Program-made: the position numbers and the translations under genes
Notes under the pieces: model-generated
Seen by the model: only the letters and a program-made list of their open reading frames with translations
What the model was told of the DNA's origin: nothing
Database searches by the model: none
Part shown: positions 27,502-41,463 of the stretch, one piece after another
How positions within the stretch are numbered: the first letter of the stretch is position 1
Layout of the letters: the number at the start of each line of letters is the position of its first letter
Origin: Syncephalis fuscata S228
Taxonomy: Eukaryota > Fungi > Zoopagomycota
Direction of reading: 5' to 3'
Assembly (NCBI GenBank): GCA_025786725.1
Contig: JAHLTZ010000012.1
Span: forward strand, 248,001 to 312,000
DNA: 64,000 bases

Positions 27502-29884
27502 TTAAGCTGTAACGCGAAAAGTAAGCGGGCCATCAGCCATGGATATAATGGCTTCTAGCAGCTTTTGACTATTCACTAGTACAGCACAGCCATCTGAATC
27601 AGTATAGATAAGCTGTTGGTCATCGACAACAGCATTTATAACGCCACATTGATGAAACTTTGCATTGATACGCATTTTCAGATCGGTGAGGGTAATTTTT
27701 GGTGAAACGATAAGCTGTACTAATTGCGATTTGTTAAGCGATACGCGGACCAATATGGTTGGTGCTGAGCTATCGTTATCGCCATTACACATAAAGGTAC
27801 AGCTAGACGCGTTATCGTGGTCACATATCTTGAACTCTACGCTAGAATTTTTCTTATCTTCATTTTCATTATCATCTAGCTCGGGATGACTAGCCGAAAG
27901 AACGAACCCCGCTGCGCATAGACGGGCTACCATGGGAACGCGCTGTTCAACTGCAGCACCAGCGTTGACTCTAAAGGATTTCATTCGTTGCAAACGATCA
28001 GGCCTTGAATGCCCGGCAACTTGGACGGCCGACAACGAGGCAGATCTCTGAAGTGAGACGGGGCCACCGGACATGTATAGCGTATTCGTTTGCAGACGAG
28101 CCTCTTTAGTGCGCTGGACCATAATGGTAGCAGCGCGTTTAAGCCCCGGCTTTTGGGCCAGCACTTTCTCACCGTCCTGTACGTGTTTCAGAAAGGCGGC
28201 CTTGCGATCTTGGCTCTTGGCTGAACGCAGCCACTCGTTGCGACTAGGATGGCGACGGTCAACAATACCGCCGGTGCCGCCGCGAACAATTGGATCAGAA
28301 ACAACGAGGGGAGCAGGTGCAGAGACAGAAGCAGAAGTTGTAGGTGTGCGTAGCACTTGACGAACAGAGGAGGCACGTCGAATGGCTCCTTTAATAGCTG
28401 ATAAGCTACCACTTCGTTTTAGCTTGGGTGCTGACTTGGTTGATGCCGTGTCGTTAGCATCGTTAAGATGAGGATGCCGTGTTGTAAAATGACGGAATAA
28501 AGAAGTAGAGCGAGAGCGTTCATTGTAAACTTCATTGTTACTGGCAATAGTAATGGTTTGTTCATGACTAGTACGTGGTGTAGACAATGTTGTAATACTC
28601 TCGCTTGGGGTCGAATATTGCGAACCAGGCAAATAATCGGTAGATGTTTGTTTGACGCTACTTGCTGTACTGCTGCCGCTATAACGTTGCGAACGGCTTT
28701 TAGTCGAGGCAAGCGACAGTCTTGTTTTAAGTTTATTCGTTATATTGTTATTAAATAAAAGTGGGTCGGTTGTATGAATGTCTTTTGTCAAATCGGCTAG
28801 GCCGTAGGACTCCTCTCGTGGCATTTTGGTGTCGTTAATTTCAGCCGATTTTGAGGCTTGTTTACGATTGGTGGTTGGTAGGTTTGTATGACTAAAAAGT
28901 GTACCAACGCCCGGCGTTATAGAGAAAAGGACCCGCTTTAGTGTGTTACGAACACTTTTGTGCGGTGGGACTGAAATGCGTTAGTATTTATATAATTTTA
29001 GGTACAGCCAATAGCATGGCGCACTCACCTGTTTTGCACGATAATGGATTATTTAACTGTTTTTCTGAAACACCATGTGGCACACAGGTCTCTGTCGGTG
29101 ACGCCAAGCGTGAGATTGTAGTGGCACTTGTGTCTGACTTGGACTCACTCAAGTCCTTTACTTTAGTCGATGATTTAACCGACAAAGATTTTTCAACTAT
29201 GGTGATGACTGGTTCTTTGTGGATTTGGCCACTATTATGGCTTTCCTTATCATGTTTTAAGGCACCGTTAGCAAGGCCTTCAAATGCTGAATTGGCCTGA
29301 GATTGCATGTATAACAAAAATAGAATTAGCAGCAGTTTCAGCATTAAAGTCGCATTGATATTTGTTACCTTGTTCAAATGGTGAGCAGGCAAATAATTAC
29401 GTGGCAGAAAATATGATCCCATGACGCCGGTTGTCTCGTCCAACATGATTTGTTCCAATGAGCTGTATACATTACTTGACATGACTCCTCCAAGCTCATC
29501 AGCCGGTGTCGTTACTGTCGTGGTTGCGCAGGATGTTCCACAGGAAAAAGTGGATCCTAGTTGTAGCATTTCGTCATTAGGTGTAGTAACATCATATGAC
29601 GCTACTGTCACTGCTTCAGACAATGATAGCCTTTGAGCTAACGAGGTACTTTTCTCGGCCGCTTCTTGAATTGACGGCAGAATTGGACTATTCGTCATTC
29701 GAAGCGAGGATCGTTTACTTGACGGCACCGCCAGCGAATTTTGCGCCTCTAATGAGTGCGATAACAAGTCAAGCCACCAAGCTTGCGCTTCATTGTTAGC
29801 TGTTGGACTACCTGGCGCCCAGAAACATTTGGGCGTCGGTGTGTGCAAATGGCAAACTGCTGCACGATGATCTGAACCTGACAT
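27502..29884 (-). CDS. Uncharacterised Ser/Thr-rich protein with C-terminal PB1-like domain, 2 predicted introns
   Basis: ORFs 28988..29923 and 27502..28824 are joined by a GTGAGT..CTAAC..CAG intron (~29028-28972). C-terminus VRVSLNKSQLVQLIV..LTDLKMRINAKF..LIYTDSDGCAVLVNSQ..LTFRV. Confidence 0.75.
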
Positions 29885-31335
29885 ATTCACTAGGCAGCTA
29901 TTTAAAATAAAAACAAAGGCCAATAGAATGAATTTTGCAAGACTTTACGCGCAAAGAGTAGTCAAATGTAAAGGATGTTTAGTAGTGCACCAGTTTTTAA
30001 ATTGTAATATAACCAATTATATTAAAAAAAAGGCCACTGATGATCGTTATGCGAGTGTAGGCAAGGACAAGTAAAAGGGTGTACTACCAATATCAATAGC
30101 AAGACTAGACACAAATAAAGATAAATAGATAGATAGGCGAATAGAGAGAGAGAGAGCCAAGTAGTTTAACGATAACTCATTAGCATAAGTGGGTCGTTCA
30201 GTCCGTAATTTTAAAAGGATAGCTATTAAGGTGGGCAAAGTTTGCGTAAACGTTAATGGATAATACTTGGATACCGTTGAAATTCATAAAGCATATGGCT
30301 AAAGGAGAGAGTAGAACTGTGCATGTGCTGTGCCGATCGCTCCCGCATAATCAAGCTTGCATTATTATAGGCGTAGCAAAGGATGGTCGTCGACTGAGAA
30401 GAGAAGAGAAGAGTCGCGATTAAAAGGAGCCGCGTTCAAGCAAATCACACGTGTTGCTTCTATTCATAGCTCCGACAGTTACCGCTATTCCATAGAAGGA
30501 CACCTGTCGGAGTCATCTCATAGTACTGTTCTTCCTTATCTATGAATTCGCATCGATAGTTCAGTCTATTACGGGCTTACTATCACTACCGCGTCTACTC
30601 AATTCCGTGAGGCCTTGAGTGGATGTGATTGGATTATGGAAAATCATCTTGTCATATTTGGCAAATTGCGTTACTAACACATTCGGTCTAACCTCAACTG
30701 GATAAAACCCGCCTTTTCTGTCTCAATACTAGAATGTGAGTTGTCATTATGTGCTACCATCATCACTGTCGGCAGTGATAAACAATGCTGTTAGTTGCCG
30801 TATCCACGTGTTTTTAATACTGGATGTGGAGAGCAACGCGTCATGCCGCGTTAATGTCATAACGATAATTCCCGAAGAATCAAGGCGGCAAGTTGTAGAT
30901 ATCAAGTCCGCTAGCCATATAATCATTATAAGCTTATCTAATTTAGAAATAATATTACGGCTACCGTGTTCCACACAAGCCTGTGAGATCAGGCTGTAGT
31001 AAAAGGTGAGAAGAAAAAACTTGTTATCTTTATACAAAATAGTATATTTATTAAAAATAGCCTATGGATGAGTATTCATGTAAATACTAGTGTGTATCAA
31101 AATGATAAAAATAGTCATATCGCCAAAAGTAGTCAAGTTGAAGAAAATATGTCATTTGTAAAAACATCAAATAAAATAAAGAAGATTGTATAATGAATAA
31201 TAATAATAATAATACTGTACTTTACCAGAAAATACAAAGATAATACAAATTACTAAACTTTTGTGTAGTGTGTGTGTGTGTGTGTGTGCTATACGCTTAA
31301 ATGACGACCAATTTAAAACAGTTTGGAAATGAAAG

Positions 31336-34300
31336 TTACCAAACACGAAATATGGCAACTCGATCAACAGCGCGCGCCAATACACGACCAAGAGCGGCAT
31401 CGTTTACTACAAGAAGTGCCCGTCCATCGCGTTGTACGTAAAGTAGTTCACGTCCTTGGAGCGCTTGCTCCCGTTCTAAGCATCGCATAAATTTGTCCTC
31501 CGCTTGGTTACACAGTTCTTCTAGTGTGCATGAACGAGGAACAATCAGCCGGACAAGATTTTTACGATCCAAAGCAATCTGTACAACAATATCACCGGCA
31601 CGCTCTTCATCTTCAACGGGGAGGTCGCACAATGGGTCGATAGGCGACGGCGGAACAGCTGACCAGTAGTCATCAGCAGCTGGATGAACGTAGACTGATG
31701 GCGTAGGTGGTGATTGAAGCGAGGCAACCGACGAGTTGATAAAATTGGGCGAGCAAGGCGTGCCTGGTGCTGTTAGCGCTCTAAACAACTAAATTCGTCA
31801 GGTGAAAGCGATAGGCTGCTTGCATTGCTAAAAAGGCTTGATGTACTTGCGGTGCGTATTAGCGATTGTGGTCGTCGGGGCAAGTCGACGCGGGCACTTT
31901 GCGAACGAACAAGATTGGCCGTATGTACATCAACTGATAAACGAGAAGATGCTGTTGTTGTTTCGGTGCTGATCGTGGATGACTCGATAGATTACGGCGT
32001 GCATTCCATGGCGCCTCAGCCTGTAATTTGCCAAGAGCAGCACGTCGTTCGGATAAATTACTTGTGCTAGCACGACTACCACCACCTAATCTAATAGATG
32101 CCGGTGGTGTTGAGGACCGTGGCGTTGGCACCGTCATAGGACGAGGCTCAATGTCTGACAAATGGCCAGAATCAAACATGTCGGCGTCACAGCCTAGTAA
32201 ATCCGTATTACTTGACGTGAAACTGGCTACCCGTCGAGGGGCAACGGCACCACTTGTTTTTATCTCTGTGAGAGGCGCGGTAACTTCTACCGAAGGCAAT
32301 GGTGCATCTTTACTATCAGTTGATTCATCGGTGTTGACCGGCGAATTTTTTGATGTTGTTCGTTTCATAACACTTTTTCTTACTACACGGAATGATCCAG
32401 TTAAGCGACGGCTTAATCGAGATGATTCGCTAATAATACTGGCTGAATCACTGTTGTTGTTGACTGACAATTCTTGATTTGAGCTATCATTATTAGTAGA
32501 TTCTGTATTATCTTTTTGCTTTTTTCGGAATTTACGAATAGATAAAGAACGTCGCGTAGGTGGTGATGCAATTTTAAGACTCGATTGACTGCTATCGTTA
32601 GCACTTGAAATAAGTTCAAATGACGATGAGCATCGACTGCCTGTATATTTACTATTATTAGTATGACTATTTTTAATTAATCCTGTAGTAATTACCAGAT
32701 GAAATAGATGGTCCATTGCCACTATCACAGTCATTTGCTATAGAGTCATTGCTGTCATACTCAGTTGATACACTGTGTGTAGACATTGCCTTTCTAACAC
32801 TATTAGCAGCGTCGGCTGATGTTGACGATGAACGAGCCAACTTGGGTGTCATTTCATCGACATTCTCCCAGCTAGTAGCATGCGATAGCGATGGTCCATT
32901 TTGGACAACAGAGATATTAGATATATTATCTATAATTAAATATTAATTAATAGTTCAAATAAATTATTTTAGTGTCCATTATTATGCAATGACATTTGTA
33001 TTCTACTTACCATTGTTATAAATACTATTAGTGTTTGAGGGTAGTGTTTCTTTGTTTGGTGTTAAAAGTGGATTATTGGTATTATCCTGATTATTAGTAT
33101 TGGTCTGAGTGACCTTTTCCAATGCCGAAATAAGTTCGTCGGCAAATAATTTACCAATGGCTGGTTCGTCGGCATTAGATTGTGGCAATTCACGCAACGA
33201 AGGTGTATCACCGGCTATGCTGGATTGTTCAGAATCGTGGTCCGTTTGAATAGAAAGATTAGTAGAGGATTTGTTGCCAGTGGATGAATTATTAGCAAAA
33301 ATAGAACTTGCTTTACCAACTGCTTTGCGCATTGCTCGTATACCGACACTGGCCAGTACTGATTTGCTACGACGCAATGACGTAGAGCCGGTTGGTGCCA
33401 TTTCATTTTTAGAAAAAGCGCTCGACGTGTCTGTGATAGTATTGGGTCTATCAGGTGATGCTGGCACGGTTAGATCCATTGACCAAACAGATGCCTTGCT
33501 TGAGTAGACAGGCCGCTCTTCGTCAGCTGGTTTGTTTTGCAAGTCATCCCATGCATCAAACAACCATTAATATCGCTTGTAGCTTGTTCTAATTCCTCGC
33601 GTGTACGATCAGCTGGCCATTTAGAGAAAAATTCGGCAACTGAGCGTGATCCAAGTAAAGCGGCCTGTTCTGGACTAACGATAAGGAAAACATCTAGCAA
33701 CGCATGTACACATAAACGCTCAGCTTCGGGACATGCAGAGAAAATGTCGGTAGCCGCCTCGCGTAATGGCGCAATAATATTTGGTTTATCGAGAAATTCA
33801 CGATAAAGACCAACAATAAGTAGACGGAACTGATAGAATGTACGACGAACCATGTATGGCTCATCACTTGTGCAATCAGCGTGGTGTTGTTTTGTTTGTC
33901 CAGAAACATTATTAAATATGGATATGCCATCATTGGTTGATGCATTGTCATCTTCTTCGCCGCTACTATAACACTTGAATGAAAGACACGACGATGACAA
34001 GGACGATGCCAATACTAAGCCAGATGTTGTGGCTTCTTCGTGCTTTGCCGTATATAGCGTACTATTAGGTGATAAAGGTTCGGCGGCTACAATGCTTGCA
34101 GGTCGTCGCAGCGATGCAGGCCGTACAAGCACAATATACCAACGACAAGCTCCAGGATCGGCATGAGCGACATTAGCACGCATATTGATGCCTGAGTGTC
34201 TATTGGAGTGTGGTGCACGCGACTGTCGTACTACGCCCGGACGACGAGTCGTATTGACCGCTTTATTAGGATCATTTTTGCTTGCTTTATATTCGAGTTC

Positions 34301-34378
34301 AACACCAACTAGCTTTAATGGAGCAACTCTAAAATCAGACAAATCAGCGTAAGTCTCTCCCGCACCTTGAAAGAGCAT
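31336..34378 (-). CDS. Uncharacterised protein: PX-like N-terminus, long Ser-rich linker, PB1-like C-terminus
   Basis: Consecutive minus ORFs linked by an intron (~33009-32933) and frameshifts. WYIVLV..YMVRRTFYQFRLL..LLGSRSVAEFF is PX-like; VQIALDRKNLVRLIVPRSCTLEEL..LLYVQRDGRALLVVND is PB1-like and matches the paralogues. Confidence 0.65.
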
Positions 34379-35418
34379 CGTGTATTTGTTGTCACAGTTA
34401 TACGAGCAATTAATGGCGCTCTGTGTGATACAAACACATCAAACGCAGCACAGCTTTAATTTTAAAATTAATAATTTCTCAAAGTGTATATGCGAATTCG
34501 ACAATAATAATTTTGTTTTTGAATAATAACATCAACTAATGGAATGATGAGTGTTGAGCGGGTCTAGAAGAACGACAAACTATTTACTTCTAGTAGTTTA
34601 TGGCGGGAAATGCGTAGTAATATACTACGTAATTTGTATTAGTGGCAATAGATAGTAAAGAGGAAGAAAAGAATGGCATGTTTTTTAAGACTCAGGGAAG
34701 CACGCGTGAAAGATACTGCTTTCCATGGCACGGTGCATAAGAAGGCACGGCCAAGGCGATGGTGACTGGGCTGCCGACGATAATGAAACGATGGCTACGA
34801 CGACGACAACAGCAGCAGTGCCGGTAAGTAGGCACATGCTGCAAGGCATGCTGAGCGCATGGTTTCCTTTCACTGGCAGCACGCGGTTTTCTGGCTAGAC
34901 CTTATCCAATCAAATAAATTGGTTGCGATGGCTGTTAAGCAAGCAAAATAAACTGCACCAAATTCCATGCAATCTACTGGTTTGGTTTGCAGGTCGTTGG
35001 GTACAAATACTGTCGACGCCATCATGGCCAAGGCTTGTTGCGCTATTCAACATCAATCATTTGAAAGAAACAATGTAATTATTTAGTAAATCCATTAATA
35101 AGGATTATTGTTTTAGCGTTGTTTATTATTTAATATATGTTTGATATCCATTAAAAGTGTATCTATAATTATTGCTCTTTTTACACTAACAATAAATAAA
35201 TAAATTTAATAGTAATATTTTAACGAGCAACGGCATAGCTGTGTGCACAAGGCACCTTTGCATTATTTGTAAGAACACGATTGGCTGGGATTTATGCAAT
35301 GATCAGCAACACTTGTAACTTGTACAAAAGTAAAGAAGAATTATAAACGAGTAGCACTAAACTTTAGTTAATTTCATAATTAATTCATAAAGACAAAAAA
35401 GATAATTTCAATGTTTGG

Positions 35419-36166
35419 TTAATGATGGGTAACGCCACAGATAATAAATCCAATAACACAGCCGAGTGTTGCTTGAATAATCTCGACCGTGTAAGGTAGA
35501 ATAGTCATAGGTTTTGTGGGAGATGGCTCTGAGGTGTTTTTAGCTGCATTCTTTGCAGCAGAATTGAAATGCATCGACTTGCGTCGCTCATCCAACGAAC
35601 ATCTCACGTATTCGCTTGGATCGTCTACATTGTCTAGACCGCTTACTGATGGGTCAACAACCGTTTTCTTTAGGTCATTTACTGAATCTTTGTCGGTATT
35701 AGTGGTGGCTTGCATTTGCTGTGTAGGTGCTGGCTGAGCTACTTCGATGTTATCATCTAAAATGGGACCATTGGCACTAAAGACACGACTCAGTTTGGGC
35801 AGATTCGTAAGCGAGACATATGGTGGCGGTGTCGAAGGTGCTTTCAATGTTGCAGTATCTATTGCTTCGCCAGATTCAGTAGCAGCTGGTTCACTAGATT
35901 CAGTAGCAACTGGTTCACTAGATTCAGTAGTAACTGGTTCATAGATTCAGAGTTGGCTCGGTTGCTAGTGCTACAGCGCTGTCCGATGGACCAACAATGG
36001 CTGTTTTCAAGTCTTCAGTTGCTTTACAAGCCATCTCTTTGTTAGGATAAGGAGTCGAAGGTGTTTTGGGTGGTTTAGGCACCACTGTAGATGTTAAACT
36101 TTCTAACTTTGCTCTATCTCCCATGGATTCAGCAGCAACAGGGCGCTGGCTCTCGATTTGTGTCAT
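35419..36166 (-). CDS. Hypothetical Pro/Thr/Glu-rich protein with C-terminal hydrophobic anchor
   Basis: Two co-oriented ORFs broken at ~35940; C-terminal IIQATLGCVIGFIICGV. Confidence 0.55.
35872..35950 (-). repeat. 24-bp tandem repeat x3 (SEPVATES-like)
   Basis: agattcagtagc(a/g)ctggttcact-type units; the third unit is 23 nt. Confidence 0.9.
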
Positions 36167-38229
36167 AATGATGTGCTAGTATATCGTGATAGAAAATTGC
36201 TAATGATAGATATGTTCGTAAAACGGTTTTTTCATAAAAATGGTAGATGGTTTGTGTAAGAAGTGTGAATGTTAGCTATGCGCTTTTATCTAAGAAATCA
36301 AAACTTTCAGGAAGCCTGTCGTGAAAGCAGGAAAGCGGCGTTAAACGTAGAAAACGAAGAATGATATCGGTAATAAGCTGAGTTGGGCTGAGAAAAGACA
36401 ACTTATACTTGTAGTGCAAGCAATTGCTTTGTGGGCACTATATACAATACATGTTTCAAAGGAGCATGAAATACAAAACGTTTTACAAAAGAGGAAGGAA
36501 GCAATTGTGCTCCTATTAGGACAAGCACCGTTTCACATTCTATAAAAGCTTTCTTAGCTCAAAATAGTAGCCTTTTTCTATTGAGTTATCCTGAATCAGT
36601 TTATGCGTACACGTTCTTCCATGCCTAGGTGGCATCACGGGCTTGACCGAAATAACTAATGCGCATTGTGATCAGATTACCAGTTTGTTCAAATAACGGT
36701 AATCATGCATTGCCATTATTAGAAAAACACATATGCAGGAATATACGCATTTGCTATTACAAAACTGAGTAAACTGCTTCTCGAAATAAACAACAATCAG
36801 TGTACTTTTTACTACTATCATTATCTCGACCTTTAGCTGTATGTAGTATCCATAACATTGTTTTGTAGTTTTAGTCCATTTTTAATAACAATCAACGAAC
36901 GACATAATAATAGACTAATTATTCGACTTATAAAGAATCTTCAAACAGTCGTCCACAAATGGACTATAATGATAGGCTTGTCAGTAATTTCTAAACAAAT
37001 TTGATTCGTCGTTTCATAATGAATAACTTGTATATGACGCCCAATGACACTTTTATTATTTCACTTGCAATAGAATAATAAATAACTATTGAGCAATATT
37101 ATTTAATAATCAATAATGTCAAATACTCTGTATTTATAATAATCACAGTATTGCTTACTATCAAGTAATATGATTAACATACTTGAGTGCAAGAAATTGT
37201 GTTGAATAGCAACGTATACATAATATTCGTTACAAAAGTATCGTATTAATATAATAGTCAGTAAACGAAATAATGATTTCGATTCAAAATTAATTAATTA
37301 TAACTGAATTGGCCGACAGCTACTTTGCGCCTCCTACTTCAGCGCAGTAAACGATTTTACGCAATTGATTGCAATGAGTTAAATAAATTGCTTTAAATAG
37401 ATAATGTAACATATCATTTGATTTCTTTGAAACATTCAAGGCCATTCATTGTTGTTGTTAATCATGTTTACAAAAATTAATTGAATATTAATAGAAGCCA
37501 TATGATCGCGATTCTATGTTGTTTTGTATTTATTGTTATTGCATCTACGTACAGCATGAATTCTTGCATTTAAATAGTCTTTTCTATTTTCTAATATTCT
37601 ACTATTGTATTTTGGGCATATTTGTGATGTAATATCAAGATTAATATAACTATTATAAATGTCGCTTATTAAACAGCCACTTCCCCTATAGCCAATCTGA
37701 CTAAATAAATGACATTTTGAACAATTAATAGACTAATGAACTAATAAATAAATTAAAAAAGTGGCTTAAAAAGTAGAGTAAATGAATGAAGCTTTATTAG
37801 TAATACAACTAACAATAAACAATTAATATTTTGAATAAAGTACTTATGGGAGAGCATAAAATGGTACATAATAAAATGAATATCATGTTGGTTGTGTTGC
37901 TGAGTTGGATATGACTATTGTGTATTGGTCATTTGTACCATTCATTTGACTATTTAGTTATTTAAATTAATGCAACAATATGTGGTTGTTATAATTGCGA
38001 TAACATTGTTCATTAAGTATATGTAAATATTTAATATTCATTAGTGTATTACTTACAATAAGCGTTCTATTTCTTTGTATCAGATACAAGTCTAGAAATA
38101 GGTTTGTTATGTCTTGTTACCTAAATAACAATTTCTAACGATTAATATCTGTATTGAATTACACTAATTGCTAATGACTATAAGCTGATTTATTGATACA
38201 AAACAAACACAAAGAACTTAACATATGAA

Positions 38230-38902
38230 AAATAAAGGCTAGCCCGTTTAGAAAAACAAGCGGCTACCGTTCCCAGTCCCAGTTAAGTTCTATATTCGAA
38301 CAACAGGGCCCGGTGTACAGTGTCGCTTATTTACTGGTCCCGCCCCATAATAATACTATCTAAATTAATATTAGTGTTGTTCTATTTGGTTTATATATTT
38401 ACTTACCGTTATTTATAGTAGTGTACTTTTTTTTGCCTACAATAAGGCGAATTCGCGGCCGCCGGGTGGCCACCTTTTGAGTCGCTGGCGCCCTATCCTC
38501 CCCACTATTACTTACGCTCATTGGCGCTTGTACACTGGTGTTGCGCACCGCATCACAACGGCGCGATTTTGAAACGGCTATTTTGCGAGCCGCCCCATCA
38601 TCGTTTGATAGTGCCTGTGTAAGTTGGCACTTGTCGCTATACTCTACACCCTCCATTGGCACTGCCTCACAAGCAGCCCAATTTCACAAATAATAGTGAG
38701 TGGAGAAGCTGAACGTAGGTCCAGAATAGATTGGCGCCAACAAAGACCATACCAATCGTGACATAGTCTTTGTCACGCGGACCTTTTTCAAGTCCGTTTG
38801 TTTACCTTGTACAGTGTACGTTTCAAAAAATGTACGTTTTTGCACGCACAAAGGTAAAGTAGCAGCGTAAACACTGCCGCGCGTGTGATACGGAGTAGCC
38901 AT
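38230..38902 (-). pseudogene. Orphan MATP-family copy A, in-frame TGA at 38684-38686
   Basis: MATP..TR..VQK..F..LKKV.V..SR...LLAP..FSFS.HYY aligns to 49966..50442; GTAAGT intron at ~38406; a homologous 3' segment follows. Confidence 0.55.
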
Positions 38903-41260
38903 AATGAACTACTTTGGCTATAGCAAGACATACAAGACATATAATTAACGCCATGTAAACAATATATGAAACGCAAGCGACAAAGCAGTATAACCAGTCT
39001 ATCTATTCAATCCAAGTGGATGGATGATTTTACGCATGTGCCAAGGATGCACGGCGAAGTTGAACAAAGTAAACAACAAAGCATGCACACGCAGTGTTAC
39101 GTGACAGAGCAATTTGACGCAGCAGTCATAGTCTCATTTATTAACCAACGCAAACACATACGCAAACGCAACACTTGCTTACCTTTTTAAGGCGTTTGTT
39201 ATGACAAAAACTACAAGACTGTCGTATAAAGAAAAGATGAAGTGAAAATAAACAAGAGAAAAGCGTTATAGAACACTACAGATTGATCTTGCGCAGGCTT
39301 TTACACAGTAATCGCCACTCATAGCCACTCAACTATTTTTCACACACACACTAATACTTTGTATTATCTTTTATTTCTATTAAAGCGTTGTATATATAAC
39401 TTGTAGCATCTTCCTGTACTCATGCAGCCCAATACGACCTCACTAACCAAAACAAACCTCCATCGGACATGAATATTAAATGGCCCGTGTGCACCTTGCT
39501 AAACCGGTAAATAGTCCGATAAACTGGATGGCGTGATCACTACAACAAATAGACAAATAACACGTGATCTTGTGTTTACCTTTCATAAATACGCCACCAC
39601 CATGATTATCACGTATTAATAACGCGTGTACACGACTGAAACAATAACAGATCATTTATACAATACACGTAGCTGTAATAACATATAACGTTATTTATTC
39701 AAGCCACTTGTATATATTCTAATATTCATAATATACGGTTTATTTCTATTTATACGATTGTTTTGTTACTTATTTGATTGATTTATATTTCAGTATATCT
39801 GTATACTTTTAACAACCATAAACAATGCCAATGTTTTATACAGCACGTTTATATTGAAACTTGGTTTTAAAGGTGTTTTGTTAATAGGTGCTTTGTTGGT
39901 AGGTGTGTTGTAATCACATAGCCTTGTTACTCATGTAGATACATATCAGTTAGCTTATTGTAATCAGTTCACTACTACAACAGTTTGTAATGGCTTATTG
40001 TTTTGCGGTATCAACAGCTGCTAGTTCTGTTATATATAAAACACATGCATAGATGTGTATATCAATGTACTCGGTATGTATGGCTGTAACCTACTAGATA
40101 TACTAGACATAGTATTGCACACGTACTTGGCAGAGTACGGCAAAATAGTAATGTATATATGTCCAATTGTACACGTAGCTATACTCGACAACATTATAAG
40201 TAGAAGTTGCAACTGCTTTAAGTGCTGCAGCGTAAACCGTAAGCTGTCTGGCCATCAGTAACTTATTGCACACCAAGGACCCAATTTTTGAACATCGTGA
40301 CATCCGGACCGGCTGATATTATGCCAAAACACTCAGCTTGCTTTACTATCTCAAATGCCCAAGCATATTTATAATTTACTGACATTGCATTCTAAACAAC
40401 ATATGTTTATTACGCTATGTATATTGTAGTAGTATGCAAATTGCACTTAACTGTCGCTGTAATGTAGTAGAACCAATAATCAACGTACATCGTGATCAGT
40501 ATTATTGCCGATTCTATTGCTACTGTGTTTGTGCTTTATTATTGTGCTTGAATAGCTATAAAATACTTTGTGATTACTTTCTAATAAACAATACAGAATA
40601 ATTATAATACTTATATATGCTACATTCTTGGCCAATATTCATCCTATAATAGCTAGGTTTACTTTAAATGGTACATGGTTTTAACGAAGTTACATGAATT
40701 TATTTAATAAGCAACAGAGACAATTTGAGTCAAAATTTCAACAAATACAGCTAGCAACAAGCAGACAACTTTTACCAATAACGCTAGCTATTAGATTATG
40801 CAACGGTACAAGGCAAAAAAACAAAGCAAAATAAACATGTGTGAATAGCAGTGTTAACATTATAGCGTGTATATATGCATGAACAAATGAGCGAGATAAA
40901 CAAAAACAATAATGAGCAGAGCTAACGCCAGACGGCAAAACAGTTCCAAATAAATTGCAATCACTATATAATAGAATGAGTATACAACAGAGAAACGCGA
41001 GCAATGGTATTGAAGTTATAGTGCATATAGCCTAATGGGCAGAATGAGCAAAGTACTTTGAAAAATATAGCAAATAAAATGTATTCAGTACACCATAGAA
41101 TAGTATGTACTAATAGGAATATACAATTGAAATGGTGTGGATGGATAGAGGATATATGCATAATAGATAATAAATATATGATAATAAATAATTTGATGCC
41201 TAATGCCATTCAACACAGCGTTATATTCAATAAAGAGAATATTACTAAAAACAGTCATTT
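38891..41260. repeat. Left arm of 2.37 kb near-identical inverted repeat
   Basis: Reverse complement of 47609-49977; mirrored identical ORFs in the track (e.g. 40964..41209 and 47660..47905). Confidence 0.97.
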
Positions 41261-41293
41261 TATTATAATTATATTAAATGACTAATAAATTTA

Positions 41294-41463
41294 ATTAAAT
41301 TGTATAATAATGTTAAATGATAAGCAGTATTTTCTATGATGATACAGTTTATTTAATTCAATTAACGATTATTACAATTAAAAGTTAAAATGAATTAAAA
41401 CATAGCATGTATATATTAGTGCAACAATAATAGCACAATCAAATAGAAGAATTAACTAAATAA
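41294..41463. repeat. Second copy of ~170 bp AT-rich repeat
   Basis: Direct match to 26715-26885 with few substitutions. Confidence 0.9.

Noticed and set aside
28972-29028. Apparent frameshift between ORFs 28988..29923 and 27502..28824
   Set aside because: Explained by a canonical GTGAGT..CTAAC..CAG intron.
30300-31100. ORFs between PB1-like genes
   Set aside because: No motifs, overlapping on both strands; more likely promoter or UTR.
35872-35950. Short direct repeats resembling a CRISPR array
   Set aside because: Head-to-tail 24-mers with no spacers, coding, in a eukaryotic genome.
40030-41285. Small ORFs duplicated in both IR arms as genes or a transposase
   Set aside because: Short, overlapping, AT-rich, with no DDE/RT/recombinase motif; identity merely reflects the repeat. 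At most a decayed membrane-protein relic.
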